From IMG/VR virus record IMGVR_UViG_3300022602_000024, positions 124,001-188,000 of that record: a stretch of 64,000 bases of DNA; one strand, given 5' to 3'. The first letter of the stretch is position 1. Each line of letters opens with the position of its first letter. The notes under the pieces were generated by a model. It did no database searches. It was not told the DNA's origin and was given only the letters and a program-made list of their open reading frames with translations. Shown here one piece after another: positions 25,832 to 35,557 of this stretch. Both the position numbers and the translations under genes were made by a program.

Positions 25832-26773
25832 TTAGCTGTTCTTGATGTTGTTGATCAATCCAGCAGTAAAGTAGTCTTGATATTGATCATAAACTACTGC
25901 GGTAGCGGCCTTGAATCTAGCACGCTCTGTCACAGACAAATGTGATACTTTGATACCATCCTTAGCGGCTTGTTCTTGTACGTCGGCAATGTCACTGATA
26001 CTTTCAACACGTTCAATTTGTGCTGCTTCTAATGCTGCTTGTTGGAAGATTGTTTGAGTTTCGGCGTCCAAGCTGGCCCACAAGTCTTTGTTGATGATGA
26101 TACTGGTCAAGAACAAACTGTGTTCAGTGTGATTGATAACAGTGGAAACTTTGTATTGTCCCATGTTGTAGATGCGTGGGTATGTGCTTTCGCCCATGTC
26201 AACAGATCGATTACCAATGGCACCAGCCAAGTCTTCAATGGCCATAACAACTGGTTCTGCACCGACTGCTTTGAATGTGTCCACTGCCACTGGGCAATTT
26301 GCAACACGAATCTTCAAACCTTTGAATTGCTCAATACTGTTGATTTCTTCGTTGCCAGGAATGACACGGAAACCACCTGAGTATGTGTAAGCCAGGCCTT
26401 TGACGTTGGACTTGGCAGCCAAGCCATCAAACAGCTGTTGACCAACTGCGCCATCTAACACACGGCTAGCATGATCGTGGTCTTCAAAAATGTAAGGCAT
26501 ATCTAATGCATACATATCTTTGTCTAGTTGCCCCAATGTAGTTGTGTACATTTGGCTGATGTTGATTTCGCCATTATTAACTAAATCTAACAACTGATAA
26601 CGATCAACGCATTGGCCATTGTTGTATTTTTCTTCCCATTCAGTACAACTCAAAATCTCAATTTCGATATTGTTGTTGGTTTTTTCAGCTACTACTCGGC
26701 TGAAATGTTGTGCTGCACGCAAGAATAGATCGTAAGGCTCATGTGCTAGAACCCATGTGAGTTTTTTTGTCAT
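25832..26773 (-). CDS. dctP: DctP-family TRAP solute-binding protein lacking an obvious signal peptide
   Basis: DMPYIFEDHDH, GLAYTYSGGFR, FKGLKIRV, GAEPVVM motifs. Confidence 0.8.
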   Translation of the reverse strand: MTKKLTWVLAHEPYDLFLRAAQHFSRVVAEKTNNNIEIEILSCTEWEEKYNNGQCVDRYQLLDLVNNGEINISQMYTTTLGQLDKDMYALDMPYIFEDHDHASRVLDGAVGQQLFDGLAAKSNVKGLAYTYSGGFRVIPGNEEINSIEQFKGLKIRVANCPVAVDTFKAVGAEPVVMAIEDLAGAIGNRSVDMGESTYPRIYNMGQYKVSTVINHTEHSLFLTSIIINKDLWASLDAETQTIFQQAALEAAQIERVESISDIADVQEQAAKDGIKVSHLSVTERARFKAATAVVYDQYQDYFTAGLINNIKNS

Positions 26774-26810
26774 TTTGTTTTCCTTGTCAAAAAGTTTTAA
26801 TTTTTTGGCT

Positions 26811-26920
26811 AGTAGAGATTCTACTTACGGGAATCGGCGTTCTAAGTGTATCACACTAGTAAAAGGGTTTCACTACCCTAAGCGTCAATTTTGTTCCGAC
26901 GTCGGTTAATCCGGCGTTGC
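26811..26920 (-). ncRNA. Candidate cis-regulatory leader RNA of the dctP-bug operon
   Basis: Hairpins AGGGT/ACCCT (26864-79), AGTGT/ACACT (26845-57), AGTAGA/TCTACT (26811-25); palindrome CCGACGTCGG; ATAAATA just upstream at 26927-33. Confidence 0.45.
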
Positions 26921-26939
26921 TAATTTTATTTATCGCTTA

Positions 26940-28130
26940 CTAAAATTTGTGATGTATATTGATACCGGAATCTACAAAATGTGCATCACCTAGTTCGTAA
27001 AAAGGACTCAGAAATCCTATAAACCCCACTGGATTACCCATTTCTTTGTTAAAATATTTAGTATCAATATTATCTACTATGTATTTCAGTCCAGCTTGCC
27101 ACGCAGAATATGCGTGGGTGTCTTTGAAATTTTGATAAAACCAGTAATCCATTTCATTGTAAAAACTGTTGGTTGGCTTGCTGGTTTGAAATGTTGCTGG
27201 ATCGTAATCTGGATACAACAAAGGTTTAATAATATGTTCAAAGGTGGTTCTTTGTGCAAAGCTGTAGTTAGGCCATCTGGCTAGATACTGTAGATGTTTG
27301 TTCTGTGGCATGGCAAACCAGTTTTTAATTATGTGTGCTTGTTTACATAATAATTCCGGCATGTCGGGAGTCCAATAAAAATATTCATTTGTGATATTGG
27401 TCCATCGGCCCACTTCAGGATTTGCATTATTGGCCTGAGCATCTAAGAAATACAAGTACCATTTGCCTTCTTTGATACAGACCTTGGGTTTATCAACTCC
27501 CCATAACATGCATACACTTTTGCCGCCATCGAGAGTGTGTTTGTGACTATCCACTGCATCTACTGTGTGTTTAAATGCATGCCCGGGCTGAAAGTAATCT
27601 TTGGTGCGAAAGACCCATTCTTCGTCATGCCCGGTGTTCAGCATGTCTTGGGAATAGTCGTGAAATGTAATTTTTGTGTTGGGTGAATTGTCTGCTATCC
27701 AGTTTAAAAATGGTTTAGCCGCATACTCCCATTCGCTTAACGTATTTTCTGGTTTAGTGTTGAACGGATCTGCTAACATATTCTTTTCCCCAGTCTTGGG
27801 ATATCGAAATACAACTTCGTCTAAATGAATTTTATTTTTTATAAAACTATACGCTGCCGTTGAACTATCGCCGCCCCCAGACACCTCTAGTCGAATATAA
27901 TCATATCGGTCTCGTAACTGTTGAGCACGCAGTCGGTACAATTCCAATAAGCTGGATTCTGGTTCAACTTTCCACTGCACCTTACCAAAAATATCATTAT
28001 TGAAATTCCAAACTGGAAAATGCCCGGACTTGCTGGCATCAATCAATGCCAGTGGTTTTACGTAGAAAATTTTATCTCCTACTGTATAGTAACCTAATTT
28101 GGGATTTTGTTCGTTGAGAATTTCGGTCAT
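26940..28130 (-). CDS. PP-loop (asparagine synthetase-like) protein
   Basis: SGGGDS motif; paralog of 23561..24856. Confidence 0.7.
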   Translation of the reverse strand: MTEILNEQNPKLGYYTVGDKIFYVKPLALIDASKSGHFPVWNFNNDIFGKVQWKVEPESSLLELYRLRAQQLRDRYDYIRLEVSGGGDSSTAAYSFIKNKIHLDEVVFRYPKTGEKNMLADPFNTKPENTLSEWEYAAKPFLNWIADNSPNTKITFHDYSQDMLNTGHDEEWVFRTKDYFQPGHAFKHTVDAVDSHKHTLDGGKSVCMLWGVDKPKVCIKEGKWYLYFLDAQANNANPEVGRWTNITNEYFYWTPDMPELLCKQAHIIKNWFAMPQNKHLQYLARWPNYSFAQRTTFEHIIKPLLYPDYDPATFQTSKPTNSFYNEMDYWFYQNFKDTHAYSAWQAGLKYIVDNIDTKYFNKEMGNPVGFIGFLSPFYELGDAHFVDSGINIHHKF

Positions 28131-28897
28131 AATGTATTGGTGCGTAGTCTGAAACTGATGGCCATTAATTTGTCTGTTGAATAACTAGCACATGGTTTAA
28201 TTTGATGCAAATATCTGCTGTCCCACACCATTATTCTTCCGGGACGGGGAGCCACTACATTTTCTACATCGCCAATGGGAAAGTTGCGTGGTTGATCTTG
28301 CTCGTATTTGCCGGTAAAATCTCCAGTGGTTGCATCATCACCGTGGAACAAAGTTTCACCGTACAATTGCGGGTGCCATTCGGTGTTGGCAAAATATACC
28401 AAGGTGTAGCAAGTATCATCATCCAAGAATGGGTTGTCACGGTGCACTGCCTTGCTGCGGGCACGAAACTCTACATCCATGCCGTCACCGTACACACGCC
28501 AGGCACTGTTGGCTGCACCGGGTTCGCCATTGCTTTTTGTTATTCCCTGCACTGGACTAATGCCCTGCATGTAATTCATACTTTCCGGAACTCCGGCAAT
28601 GGTGAACTTGTTTTCGGTCAACTCATTTATGTGTTGCCATAATTTAAACACTCGATTGGCACGATTTTCTAAACTGGCTTCGTCCCACGCCAGGGGTAAC
28701 CTCAACGCAGCCGGTAAATCTCTCGGGGTTACCCATTTGTTATTCCTGGGATACCAATTTGAATGTGGCCGATCATAGAAGTTTACGCAATATTCACTGT
28801 CTAGCAAATACTCGTATACATCATTTAGCAATGTTGAAGGTACTTCGTTATCGTACACCACCAATGAGTACGACCCCGGTTTAATTGATTTGGTCAT
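28127..28897 (-). CDS. 2OG-Fe(II) oxygenase (prolyl hydroxylase-like)
   Basis: HRD..YTLVYFANTEW..GETLF..PGRI..LH..ISFR; start moved to 28897. Confidence 0.8.
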   Translation of the reverse strand: MTKSIKPGSYSLVVYDNEVPSTLLNDVYEYLLDSEYCVNFYDRPHSNWYPRNNKWVTPRDLPAALRLPLAWDEASLENRANRVFKLWQHINELTENKFTIAGVPESMNYMQGISPVQGITKSNGEPGAANSAWRVYGDGMDVEFRARSKAVHRDNPFLDDDTCYTLVYFANTEWHPQLYGETLFHGDDATTGDFTGKYEQDQPRNFPIGDVENVVAPRPGRIMVWDSRYLHQIKPCASYSTDKLMAISFRLRTNTL

Positions 28898-28904
28898 AAT
28901 TCTT

Positions 28905-29561
28905 TTATGTATTATTGAGTCTGGTATTTCTTGTTGGTTGACACCCTGCAAGTATAACTTCATCTAACCAATATGACTCAATTGGTGTTATGTATTTGTG
29001 ATTGGCATCTACAGTTATAAACTTCATAATATCAGGGTCATCGTATGCAACAGGGAATTCTAATATGCGACTAACCCATTTTAAATAATGAGTAGTGTGT
29101 AAAAAGAAAGCCTCATGATCTAAGTAGTGTACAGGAAAATCACTGTTAAGTAAAGTGTTATAGTAATAATTTTGGGCAATTGGAGTGGTATGTTCTTTAC
29201 GAACTCGAAGTTGTTGTACTTGGTTAATATTTTGGTCCCGCACAATGATTGCTATTTGCACGTCGACCCCAAACTCACGAGCACGCTCTGCCACTTCTAG
29301 GATCTTGGGAACATAACGTATCCCATCAAAAAAGAAAGGGCAACTTACATTGGCTAGATGATAGTCTTTGCCGTCAAACATTGACTCTGTTAAACGTTCG
29401 GGGTGCACCCAATACTCAGCAAAGGGTTCTTGATCACTAGGTATCCAGTAGTTGTCCAGCATTTCTTCCCAACCAGCGACCTCGGGATGTAAACTTAATA
29501 ATCGACTAAACAAATGGTTACCTGATCCTTGGGGACCAGTGATAATTAATAACTTCTTCAT
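28905..29561 (-). CDS. Sulfotransferase-like P-loop protein
   Basis: IITGPQGSGNHL N-terminal loop; IIVRD motif. Confidence 0.55.
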   Translation of the reverse strand: MKKLLIITGPQGSGNHLFSRLLSLHPEVAGWEEMLDNYWIPSDQEPFAEYWVHPERLTESMFDGKDYHLANVSCPFFFDGIRYVPKILEVAERAREFGVDVQIAIIVRDQNINQVQQLRVRKEHTTPIAQNYYYNTLLNSDFPVHYLDHEAFFLHTTHYLKWVSRILEFPVAYDDPDIMKFITVDANHKYITPIESYWLDEVILAGCQPTRNTRLNNT

Positions 29562-30229
29562 ACAGTCATTATAGAACTGTTTTTCAATCTTGTCAAAAAC
29601 TTTCTGGTGTCGGGAGTAATAATACCAGTTAACTGCAATGTCACACGTGGTTTAAATCCTGCGTTGGCAGTACTGTGGGGAACATTTTGCCAATCAAATG
29701 TGGTCACATCGCCTGACTTCCAGCCGCGGTAATGGAAATTACCGTACTCCCAAAACTGGCCTGGTTCCCAATCAGTCAATGCTATGAAGTATCTACCAAC
29801 CCGAGTTGGATCTTCAGGAAACCATTTGTACAGTTTATCAATGTGTAGGTGCCATAATTGTCCGGGCATTTGTACATGTATTCGCTCCATGCAATCTTCT
29901 AACGCAAAATGATCACTTATGCGTTGCAGTGGCTCGGGCAATTTCCATGCCAAGTTGGTAATGGTGACTTTGGGATCTACACCAATGCGTTCTAAATCGT
30001 ATTCTTCTTCCTCTAGTTCGGGCTTGGGTACAAATACGCCTTCGCCTTTGAACCCGCGTGTTTCCCAGTTAGCTGGTTTTGAATCTGCCACAATCTGTTT
30101 TACTTCTTCATCCCAGTTAGGTTCAAATTTTCCTAACTTGATCACAGTATCGAACCGTGGGTCAATACGATCATTATCAAAATGATATTCACTTTTTTCT
30201 GCTAATTTATCCCAGCTGCTTTGTTTCAT
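29558..30229 (-). CDS. 2OG-Fe(II) oxygenase (Asp/Asn beta-hydroxylase-like)
   Basis: HLHID, PHSTAN..PRVTLQ. Confidence 0.7.
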   Translation of the reverse strand: MKQSSWDKLAEKSEYHFDNDRIDPRFDTVIKLGKFEPNWDEEVKQIVADSKPANWETRGFKGEGVFVPKPELEEEEYDLERIGVDPKVTITNLAWKLPEPLQRISDHFALEDCMERIHVQMPGQLWHLHIDKLYKWFPEDPTRVGRYFIALTDWEPGQFWEYGNFHYRGWKSGDVTTFDWQNVPHSTANAGFKPRVTLQLTGIITPDTRKFLTRLKNSSIMTV

Positions 30230-30846
30230 ATTACTGTTACCCTTATGTCATCCGCACCGTAATTTTGATTGTACTCGGTGGGCGGTTGTTGTATATTTAC
30301 TACTTTGGCCAACTCTTGATTTGTATTAACAATGTGTCCCTTATAACGCCATACTGCTTCTTGTATGTCTCGATTTTGTGCTGAGATAATTGTAGCCATT
30401 GTGCGTAAATCTTTATAGTACTGATCGTACCTAGGATAAGTTATATCGAAGTGCCCACATTTTACCCACCAGCCAAGACAAGCATCATTGGGACGTTGTA
30501 CCAACACAATGGGGCAGTCTGGCCAGTAATCCTTTAAGAAGTCTATGTGATGTGCAAATACATGACTCTTGATGATGCGCACACCCGATCCTCTGAACGG
30601 GCGGTCAAATTCGGCTTCGCATAATTCTTTGGTATAGCGATTGATCGTGTCAAAGAAGCCGCCAAATTCCATGCCGGGATCAAAGTATGCACCCATGTGC
30701 ATCAACTGTGTAGTGCCTGATGCATCATGATAATAAGTACGCTCTTCACTATAATCTGACCTATCAATGTCGGCACTGTAGTAAATATTCTTGCTTACAC
30801 TGCTCCATTTAGAACCTGGAGCACCAGTCATAAAAATATACTTCAT
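30226..30846 (-). CDS. Sulfotransferase-like protein
   Basis: FMTGAPGSKWS; IIKSH; IVLVQR. Confidence 0.5.
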   Translation of the reverse strand: MKYIFMTGAPGSKWSSVSKNIYYSADIDRSDYSEERTYYHDASGTTQLMHMGAYFDPGMEFGGFFDTINRYTKELCEAEFDRPFRGSGVRIIKSHVFAHHIDFLKDYWPDCPIVLVQRPNDACLGWWVKCGHFDITYPRYDQYYKDLRTMATIISAQNRDIQEAVWRYKGHIVNTNQELAKVVNIQQPPTEYNQNYGADDIRVTVI

Positions 30847-31817
30847 TCTTTACTTAAATCAATCTTTTCCAATACAGGTAAAAAGGTTGCACGTAATTCA
30901 TCCATGGTTCGCCGCAGGCCTGCAGGTGTTAACTCTGACTCTTCGTAAAACACTACATTTGATTCCATCCACTCTGCATATTCTCGACTGCGAATTGCAG
31001 CACTGAACTTTCGCTGGTACCAATCAACCACATCGGCTGGTGCACCTTTAGGCAACTCTAAACTCCAGGCCGCATACACTCTGATACCAGGTGCCACATC
31101 TCGCAACAATGGAACGTCAGGAAACTGTTTCATCGTTCTGGTTCCTGTAAATCCAATGGCACGAACCTTACCTGCATCGACTAATGGTTTAGCAACTGCA
31201 ATGGGCATGATACCAAACTCTGTGCCGACCCGGCCATCATACTGTGCTACACTTTGTACTGCTGGTGCTGGCCCATTGAACTTGATTGGCTTGACCATGT
31301 CTCTATTGCCATGTCCTTTTTCCATCAAGTATTCAAATGCAGTACGATGTGCTCCGCCCCCGACAGCTATGTTAATAGGAGCACTGGTGATTCGAATAAG
31401 TCTTATAAACTCCTCAGGAGTAGTAATAGTGCTCTTAGTACTTGCTACTAATACTAATGGGCTCTTACCCATTGTTAGTACATCTGTAAAATCATCATAG
31501 CAAAACTTTTTAACTTTCTTTTCCCAAATGTCATTGGTAACATATGTACTCATATGACTAGGCAAGCTAATAGTATACCCATCTGCAGGCTCGCCTAAGA
31601 ATTTGTTTTGTGCAACTACGCTATCTGCTCCGGGAATGTTTTGTACCACATAGGTAAAATTAGGATTTGTTTTTTGTACAATCTCTGCTAGTTTTCTAAA
31701 TGCAATTTCATTACCAGCACCGGGAGTGTTGCCTACAATAACTGTCACTGGCCGAGTAGGTTCCCAGGCTAACGCTAGCACAGGTACTAGTAATAATATT
31801 GCTAAAAGTTTTTTCAT
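30843..31817 (-). CDS. Bug/TctC-family periplasmic solute-binding protein
   Basis: Signal MKKLLAILLLVPVLALA; PGAG, IPGADS, DAGKVRAIG, FPDVP. Confidence 0.85.
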   Translation of the reverse strand: MKKLLAILLLVPVLALAWEPTRPVTVIVGNTPGAGNEIAFRKLAEIVQKTNPNFTYVVQNIPGADSVVAQNKFLGEPADGYTISLPSHMSTYVTNDIWEKKVKKFCYDDFTDVLTMGKSPLVLVASTKSTITTPEEFIRLIRITSAPINIAVGGGAHRTAFEYLMEKGHGNRDMVKPIKFNGPAPAVQSVAQYDGRVGTEFGIMPIAVAKPLVDAGKVRAIGFTGTRTMKQFPDVPLLRDVAPGIRVYAAWSLELPKGAPADVVDWYQRKFSAAIRSREYAEWMESNVVFYEESELTPAGLRRTMDELRATFLPVLEKIDLSKE

Positions 31818-32377
31818 TTTGTTTCCTTGAATAATAAATTGTTAATTTCGTCTGGTATCCATGCAACTGGCATACGTTCGGGGTGCCATACAACACCAGC
31901 TATTGCTAATCTTCTGTCTATCCACGCTTCGCAGTTGCCATGTTCATCTGTAGCAAGTTCGGTGGCAGTATCTTGCAACTGTTCAATGTACAAATTATGA
32001 TAACTGTTTACTAATTTTGTTTCACCAAAATAATTCACTTGATGTGCAGTATCCAGGTGTCCTTCTATTTCGCCTATTTTGCCGCCTAATATGTCTGTTA
32101 GTAAAAAACAACCATGGCAAACACCAACCACAGGCTTTTGTTGCTTTATTGTTTCTATTACTAGGTTTAACTCTGTTGTTCTACGTACTGCACTATCATC
32201 CCCGCCGGTTATAACAAGTGCATCAATTGAATTGGCCAATTCTGTAAAATCTTGATCTGCTCTATTTGCAATAGGAACGAGCGTATGACTTTTTAAATAC
32301 ACGTACCACAGGTGTTCCAGTGAATCATACGCTCGACCTTTATGAAATAAAACTCGTTGAGTGAGTCCTATCTTCAA
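31814..32377 (-). CDS. Class I glutamine amidotransferase-like (peptidase C26/PuuD-like)
   Basis: ITGGDD, GVCHG, VNSYH, WHPE; likely TTG start at 32377 beside upstream stop. Confidence 0.8.
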   Translation of the reverse strand: MKIGLTQRVLFHKGRAYDSLEHLWYVYLKSHTLVPIANRADQDFTELANSIDALVITGGDDSAVRRTTELNLVIETIKQQKPVVGVCHGCFLLTDILGGKIGEIEGHLDTAHQVNYFGETKLVNSYHNLYIEQLQDTATELATDEHGNCEAWIDRRLAIAGVVWHPERMPVAWIPDEINNLLFKETK

Positions 32378-32378
32378 A

Positions 32379-33071
32379 TTACCATCCGTAAGCGTCAGCA
32401 ACCAATTGCTTGCCGGATTTAGCAGCAACTGTATTACGGCAGCTAATATCATACAGGTCTCTGCGCATTGCAGCTACCAACTCTTGTATACGGTCCATAT
32501 TTTCTTCTGTGACCAATTGTTCTAATTTGCGTCCGCCGATGTTGGCATGGAAGCCTTCGTCCTTGGCAATCTTGCGATATGCACCAGAGATAAACTCATC
32601 TTCAATACAGTCGGCCATGGTGTTCCATACTGCTTCTGCACGACCTTCAGCAACTAGTTGATAAGCGGCCAATGCAACTGGATCAGTTTCGGCACCGTAC
32701 TTGGCTAATAGTCCAGCGCCTTTAGCAGTTGGTTTTGCAGCCTCTTTAGCAATAGCAGCTTCAACATCAACTGGGCCGCCTTGGATGTGTTCAATGACTT
32801 CTTTGACTAAACGGAAGTGCACTGCTTCATCGTGTGCTTGTTGTGTTAACAGTTGTAGTTCTACTGGATCTGCGTCTGCGGGCATTGTAGCGATTGCTTG
32901 GCTGATTTCAACCATGTTCATACGCTCATTTACCATACGACCAACGAAGTGTTCTACTAGTTCTTCCTGGGCAGGCTTTGAGTCAAAGTATGCTTTGACA
33001 TTGTGTTGGCTTGCTCGGAATAGTGCTTGATTGTCTGCTACGATTTGAGCAACAAATTGTTTTGCGTTCAT
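32379..33071 (-). CDS. Ferritin-like di-iron protein
   Basis: Two ExxH motifs (DEAVH, DEGFH) plus NERMNMVE and AEGRAE helices. Confidence 0.7.
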   Translation of the reverse strand: MNAKQFVAQIVADNQALFRASQHNVKAYFDSKPAQEELVEHFVGRMVNERMNMVEISQAIATMPADADPVELQLLTQQAHDEAVHFRLVKEVIEHIQGGPVDVEAAIAKEAAKPTAKGAGLLAKYGAETDPVALAAYQLVAEGRAEAVWNTMADCIEDEFISGAYRKIAKDEGFHANIGGRKLEQLVTEENMDRIQELVAAMRRDLYDISCRNTVAAKSGKQLVADAYGW

Positions 33072-33165
33072 AAATTCTCCTAGTGTATTTAATGAATTTT
33101 AACAAGAATAAAAATTTTAATATCTTGTTTAAATATTTACCAAAAAATAATATTTTTTTAACTAC

Positions 33166-33834
33166 TTATTGATTTTTTAAATAACTAGCGTAAAATTCAT
33201 TGGCTATTTCTATATATTTTTTATCTCCATTTACAAAATTATCTATTCTTACGATGTTGTTGTGCATACTTTGTTGATTGTGTACTTCAGAAAAGTCTAT
33301 ATTCAGTAATCGTGCAGAATCTGGACTTGCATTTCTTAGTTTTAGAAAATCGTCTAATATCTGTTGCACTTTAAATGGATGATGTGGCTTAGCGTTTGGA
33401 TGCCAGTTTGTATTTTTATTTGCCCATATTTCTCGACATTTTACTATGTCATCGGCAGTAGTTGGGTATACTGCAATTATTTTTGCATTAGTAAAGGTAT
33501 TTAACAATGAGTTGATGCATATTAAATGTGTTGGGATAATGCATATTTTATGGGTATCGTATATTTTGATCTTAGTAACAAAATCTTTAAATAATTCATT
33601 GTTGTTGTTATTAAGTTCTGTAACTGCATTCAGCAGTTGATACGGGGATCCTGCTCCCAACAACAATGGGATAAAATTTGTTATTTGTTCTCGTTGAATA
33701 TGTCCATTTACTGCGCCGTTGGGCAAAATTCGTCCAACTGTATCACCAGTTAATAATATTTCAGTTAACGCACTAATAAATTGCCCGCCAGCACCTGCGT
33801 GATAGCATACAAAATATATTTTTTGATCGATCAT
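33166..33834 (-). CDS. Sulfotransferase-like hypothetical protein
   Basis: VCYHAGAGGQFI N-terminal loop; ..PTH motif. Confidence 0.4.
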   Translation of the reverse strand: MIDQKIYFVCYHAGAGGQFISALTEILLTGDTVGRILPNGAVNGHIQREQITNFIPLLLGAGSPYQLLNAVTELNNNNNELFKDFVTKIKIYDTHKICIIPTHLICINSLLNTFTNAKIIAVYPTTADDIVKCREIWANKNTNWHPNAKPHHPFKVQQILDDFLKLRNASPDSARLLNIDFSEVHNQQSMHNNIVRIDNFVNGDKKYIEIANEFYASYLKNQ

Positions 33835-33875
33835 TTATGTGTAAATAAAATACTATTTATAAACAAAGAATTTCA

Positions 33876-34613
33876 ATGAATACTAAAATTTTTAAACTAA
33901 TCAAAGAAAATTTGCAAGAATCATTTAGTTTACCCAAGTACCAGAATATCATCATAGATGAAACAACTGCGGTAGATCAACTGCCATGGACACCTGCTCG
34001 CTACAGAAAGTTCAAGGACTCTGTAGAAGCTGAGTTGAGTCTCCCCTGTGACTATATTGGTGCCTTAGGTGCGATTGTTGCCGACCTCAGTGAACGTTAC
34101 ACACATCGTTTCTTTGCAGAAATCTGGAAACCCAGAACTGGTGATTATGACTACACTGGCTGGGCACTTGCAGATGAAATCAACAAACAAGATCCTCAAG
34201 CAGTGCTTGATGTAGGTTGCGGATATCATCCTTTCAAAGGACGTATCGACAATCTAGTAGGAATCGATCCTTACAACAACTGCGCTGACTTTGAAGTTGA
34301 TATATTAGACTATAGAGTTAAACAAAAATATGATCATATCATTGCATTAGGATCAATTAACTTCAACAGTCGAGATGAGATTGAAGCACGTTTTGCACAT
34401 TGTGTAGATTTGCTTGCACCCAATGGCCGGTTTTATCTACGTGCTAACCCTGGCATTGCACACAAGACTGGACCTTATGTGGATATCTTTCCTTGGAGTT
34501 TTGAAATAGTATCCGAGTTTGCTGAAAAGTATAACTTAAAATTGTTAGAATTCAAACGTGACGGCAACGAGCGACTGTATTTTAGTTATCAAAAAATTAA
34601 AGCAACTCATTGA
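33876..34613 (+). CDS. Class I SAM-dependent methyltransferase with N-terminal helical domain
   Basis: VLDVGCG motif I, GIDPY, YDHIIALGSI. Confidence 0.8.
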   Translation: MNTKIFKLIKENLQESFSLPKYQNIIIDETTAVDQLPWTPARYRKFKDSVEAELSLPCDYIGALGAIVADLSERYTHRFFAEIWKPRTGDYDYTGWALADEINKQDPQAVLDVGCGYHPFKGRIDNLVGIDPYNNCADFEVDILDYRVKQKYDHIIALGSINFNSRDEIEARFAHCVDLLAPNGRFYLRANPGIAHKTGPYVDIFPWSFEIVSEFAEKYNLKLLEFKRDGNERLYFSYQKIKATH

Positions 34614-35433
34614 TATCTATCTTCCACGGAATAGAGATTTGTGCATTTGCATATTGGTTAATCAACTCTATGCAATTTGCACGTCGATCATCTGTTAACT
34701 GGATGCCCACAAACTCTGACATTTCTTCTAACAAACCAATTATTTGCTGATTGGCAATGGTATGAAATGGCAAGTTATATTCGGGTGCAGCAGCAAATGG
34801 CACAAGTTTAGCAAATTGTTGACTGTACCATCCAACAATTAATTTTTCCATTGCACAGATAAGTTGAAGATTTGAGTCAACTGTGTCAAAAGTGATGCTG
34901 CCAAATTTGTCAGTTATCAATGTATACTTTGCTGGGTAAAATTTTTGAAATAATGTAGTCAACTTGTCAAGAGCAAATTTTGTTCTATCTTTGGCAATGT
35001 TTTTATACACACTATTAAACACAATTTGGTCAAAGTCGTTGTCGGTAAATGTAATATTGATCACTTTGCAGTTTTCTATAGATTCAGTGATTATACTGGG
35101 ATCAAGTGAATGACTAGCAATAGAAATAATCTTTGGTTCTTCTTGGTAATTTATTTGAAATCGGCTTTCAAACCAAGTTTGATATTCTGTAAAATTGTTG
35201 GTATAGTCTGAGAGACGAGGATTGGTATACTCGGCAAACTTGGCAAATGCCTGTATGGAAATAATGTCTTGGAAATTGTGTAGGTGCAACCACTCTCGAT
35301 TTTTGTGTGCATATACAGGATCATTTAATGGGTTTAGAGGATAACAAAAACCATTAAGAAGAAGTGCAATAAATCTACCCGAGGCTCCGCCTAGATACCT
35401 GACTACAACAGCTGGACATGGACAAGAAATCAT
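34597..35433 (-). CDS. Sulfotransferase-like hypothetical protein
   Basis: VRYLGGASGRFI loop, similar to 33166..33834. Confidence 0.4.
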   Translation of the reverse strand: MISCPCPAVVVRYLGGASGRFIALLLNGFCYPLNPLNDPVYAHKNREWLHLHNFQDIISIQAFAKFAEYTNPRLSDYTNNFTEYQTWFESRFQINYQEEPKIISIASHSLDPSIITESIENCKVINITFTDNDFDQIVFNSVYKNIAKDRTKFALDKLTTLFQKFYPAKYTLITDKFGSITFDTVDSNLQLICAMEKLIVGWYSQQFAKLVPFAAAPEYNLPFHTIANQQIIGLLEEMSEFVGIQLTDDRRANCIELINQYANAQISIPWKIDINELL

Positions 35434-35557
35434 TGAAAAACTTTTGTGCTAGCCTAATACTTATCTCGTAAAAAATATTTAATAAACCCTGTTAATTGCC
35501 CGCCGGTGGGTTCCGTAAATACTTGGTGACTTTGAACCAACTTCAAATCACAACATC

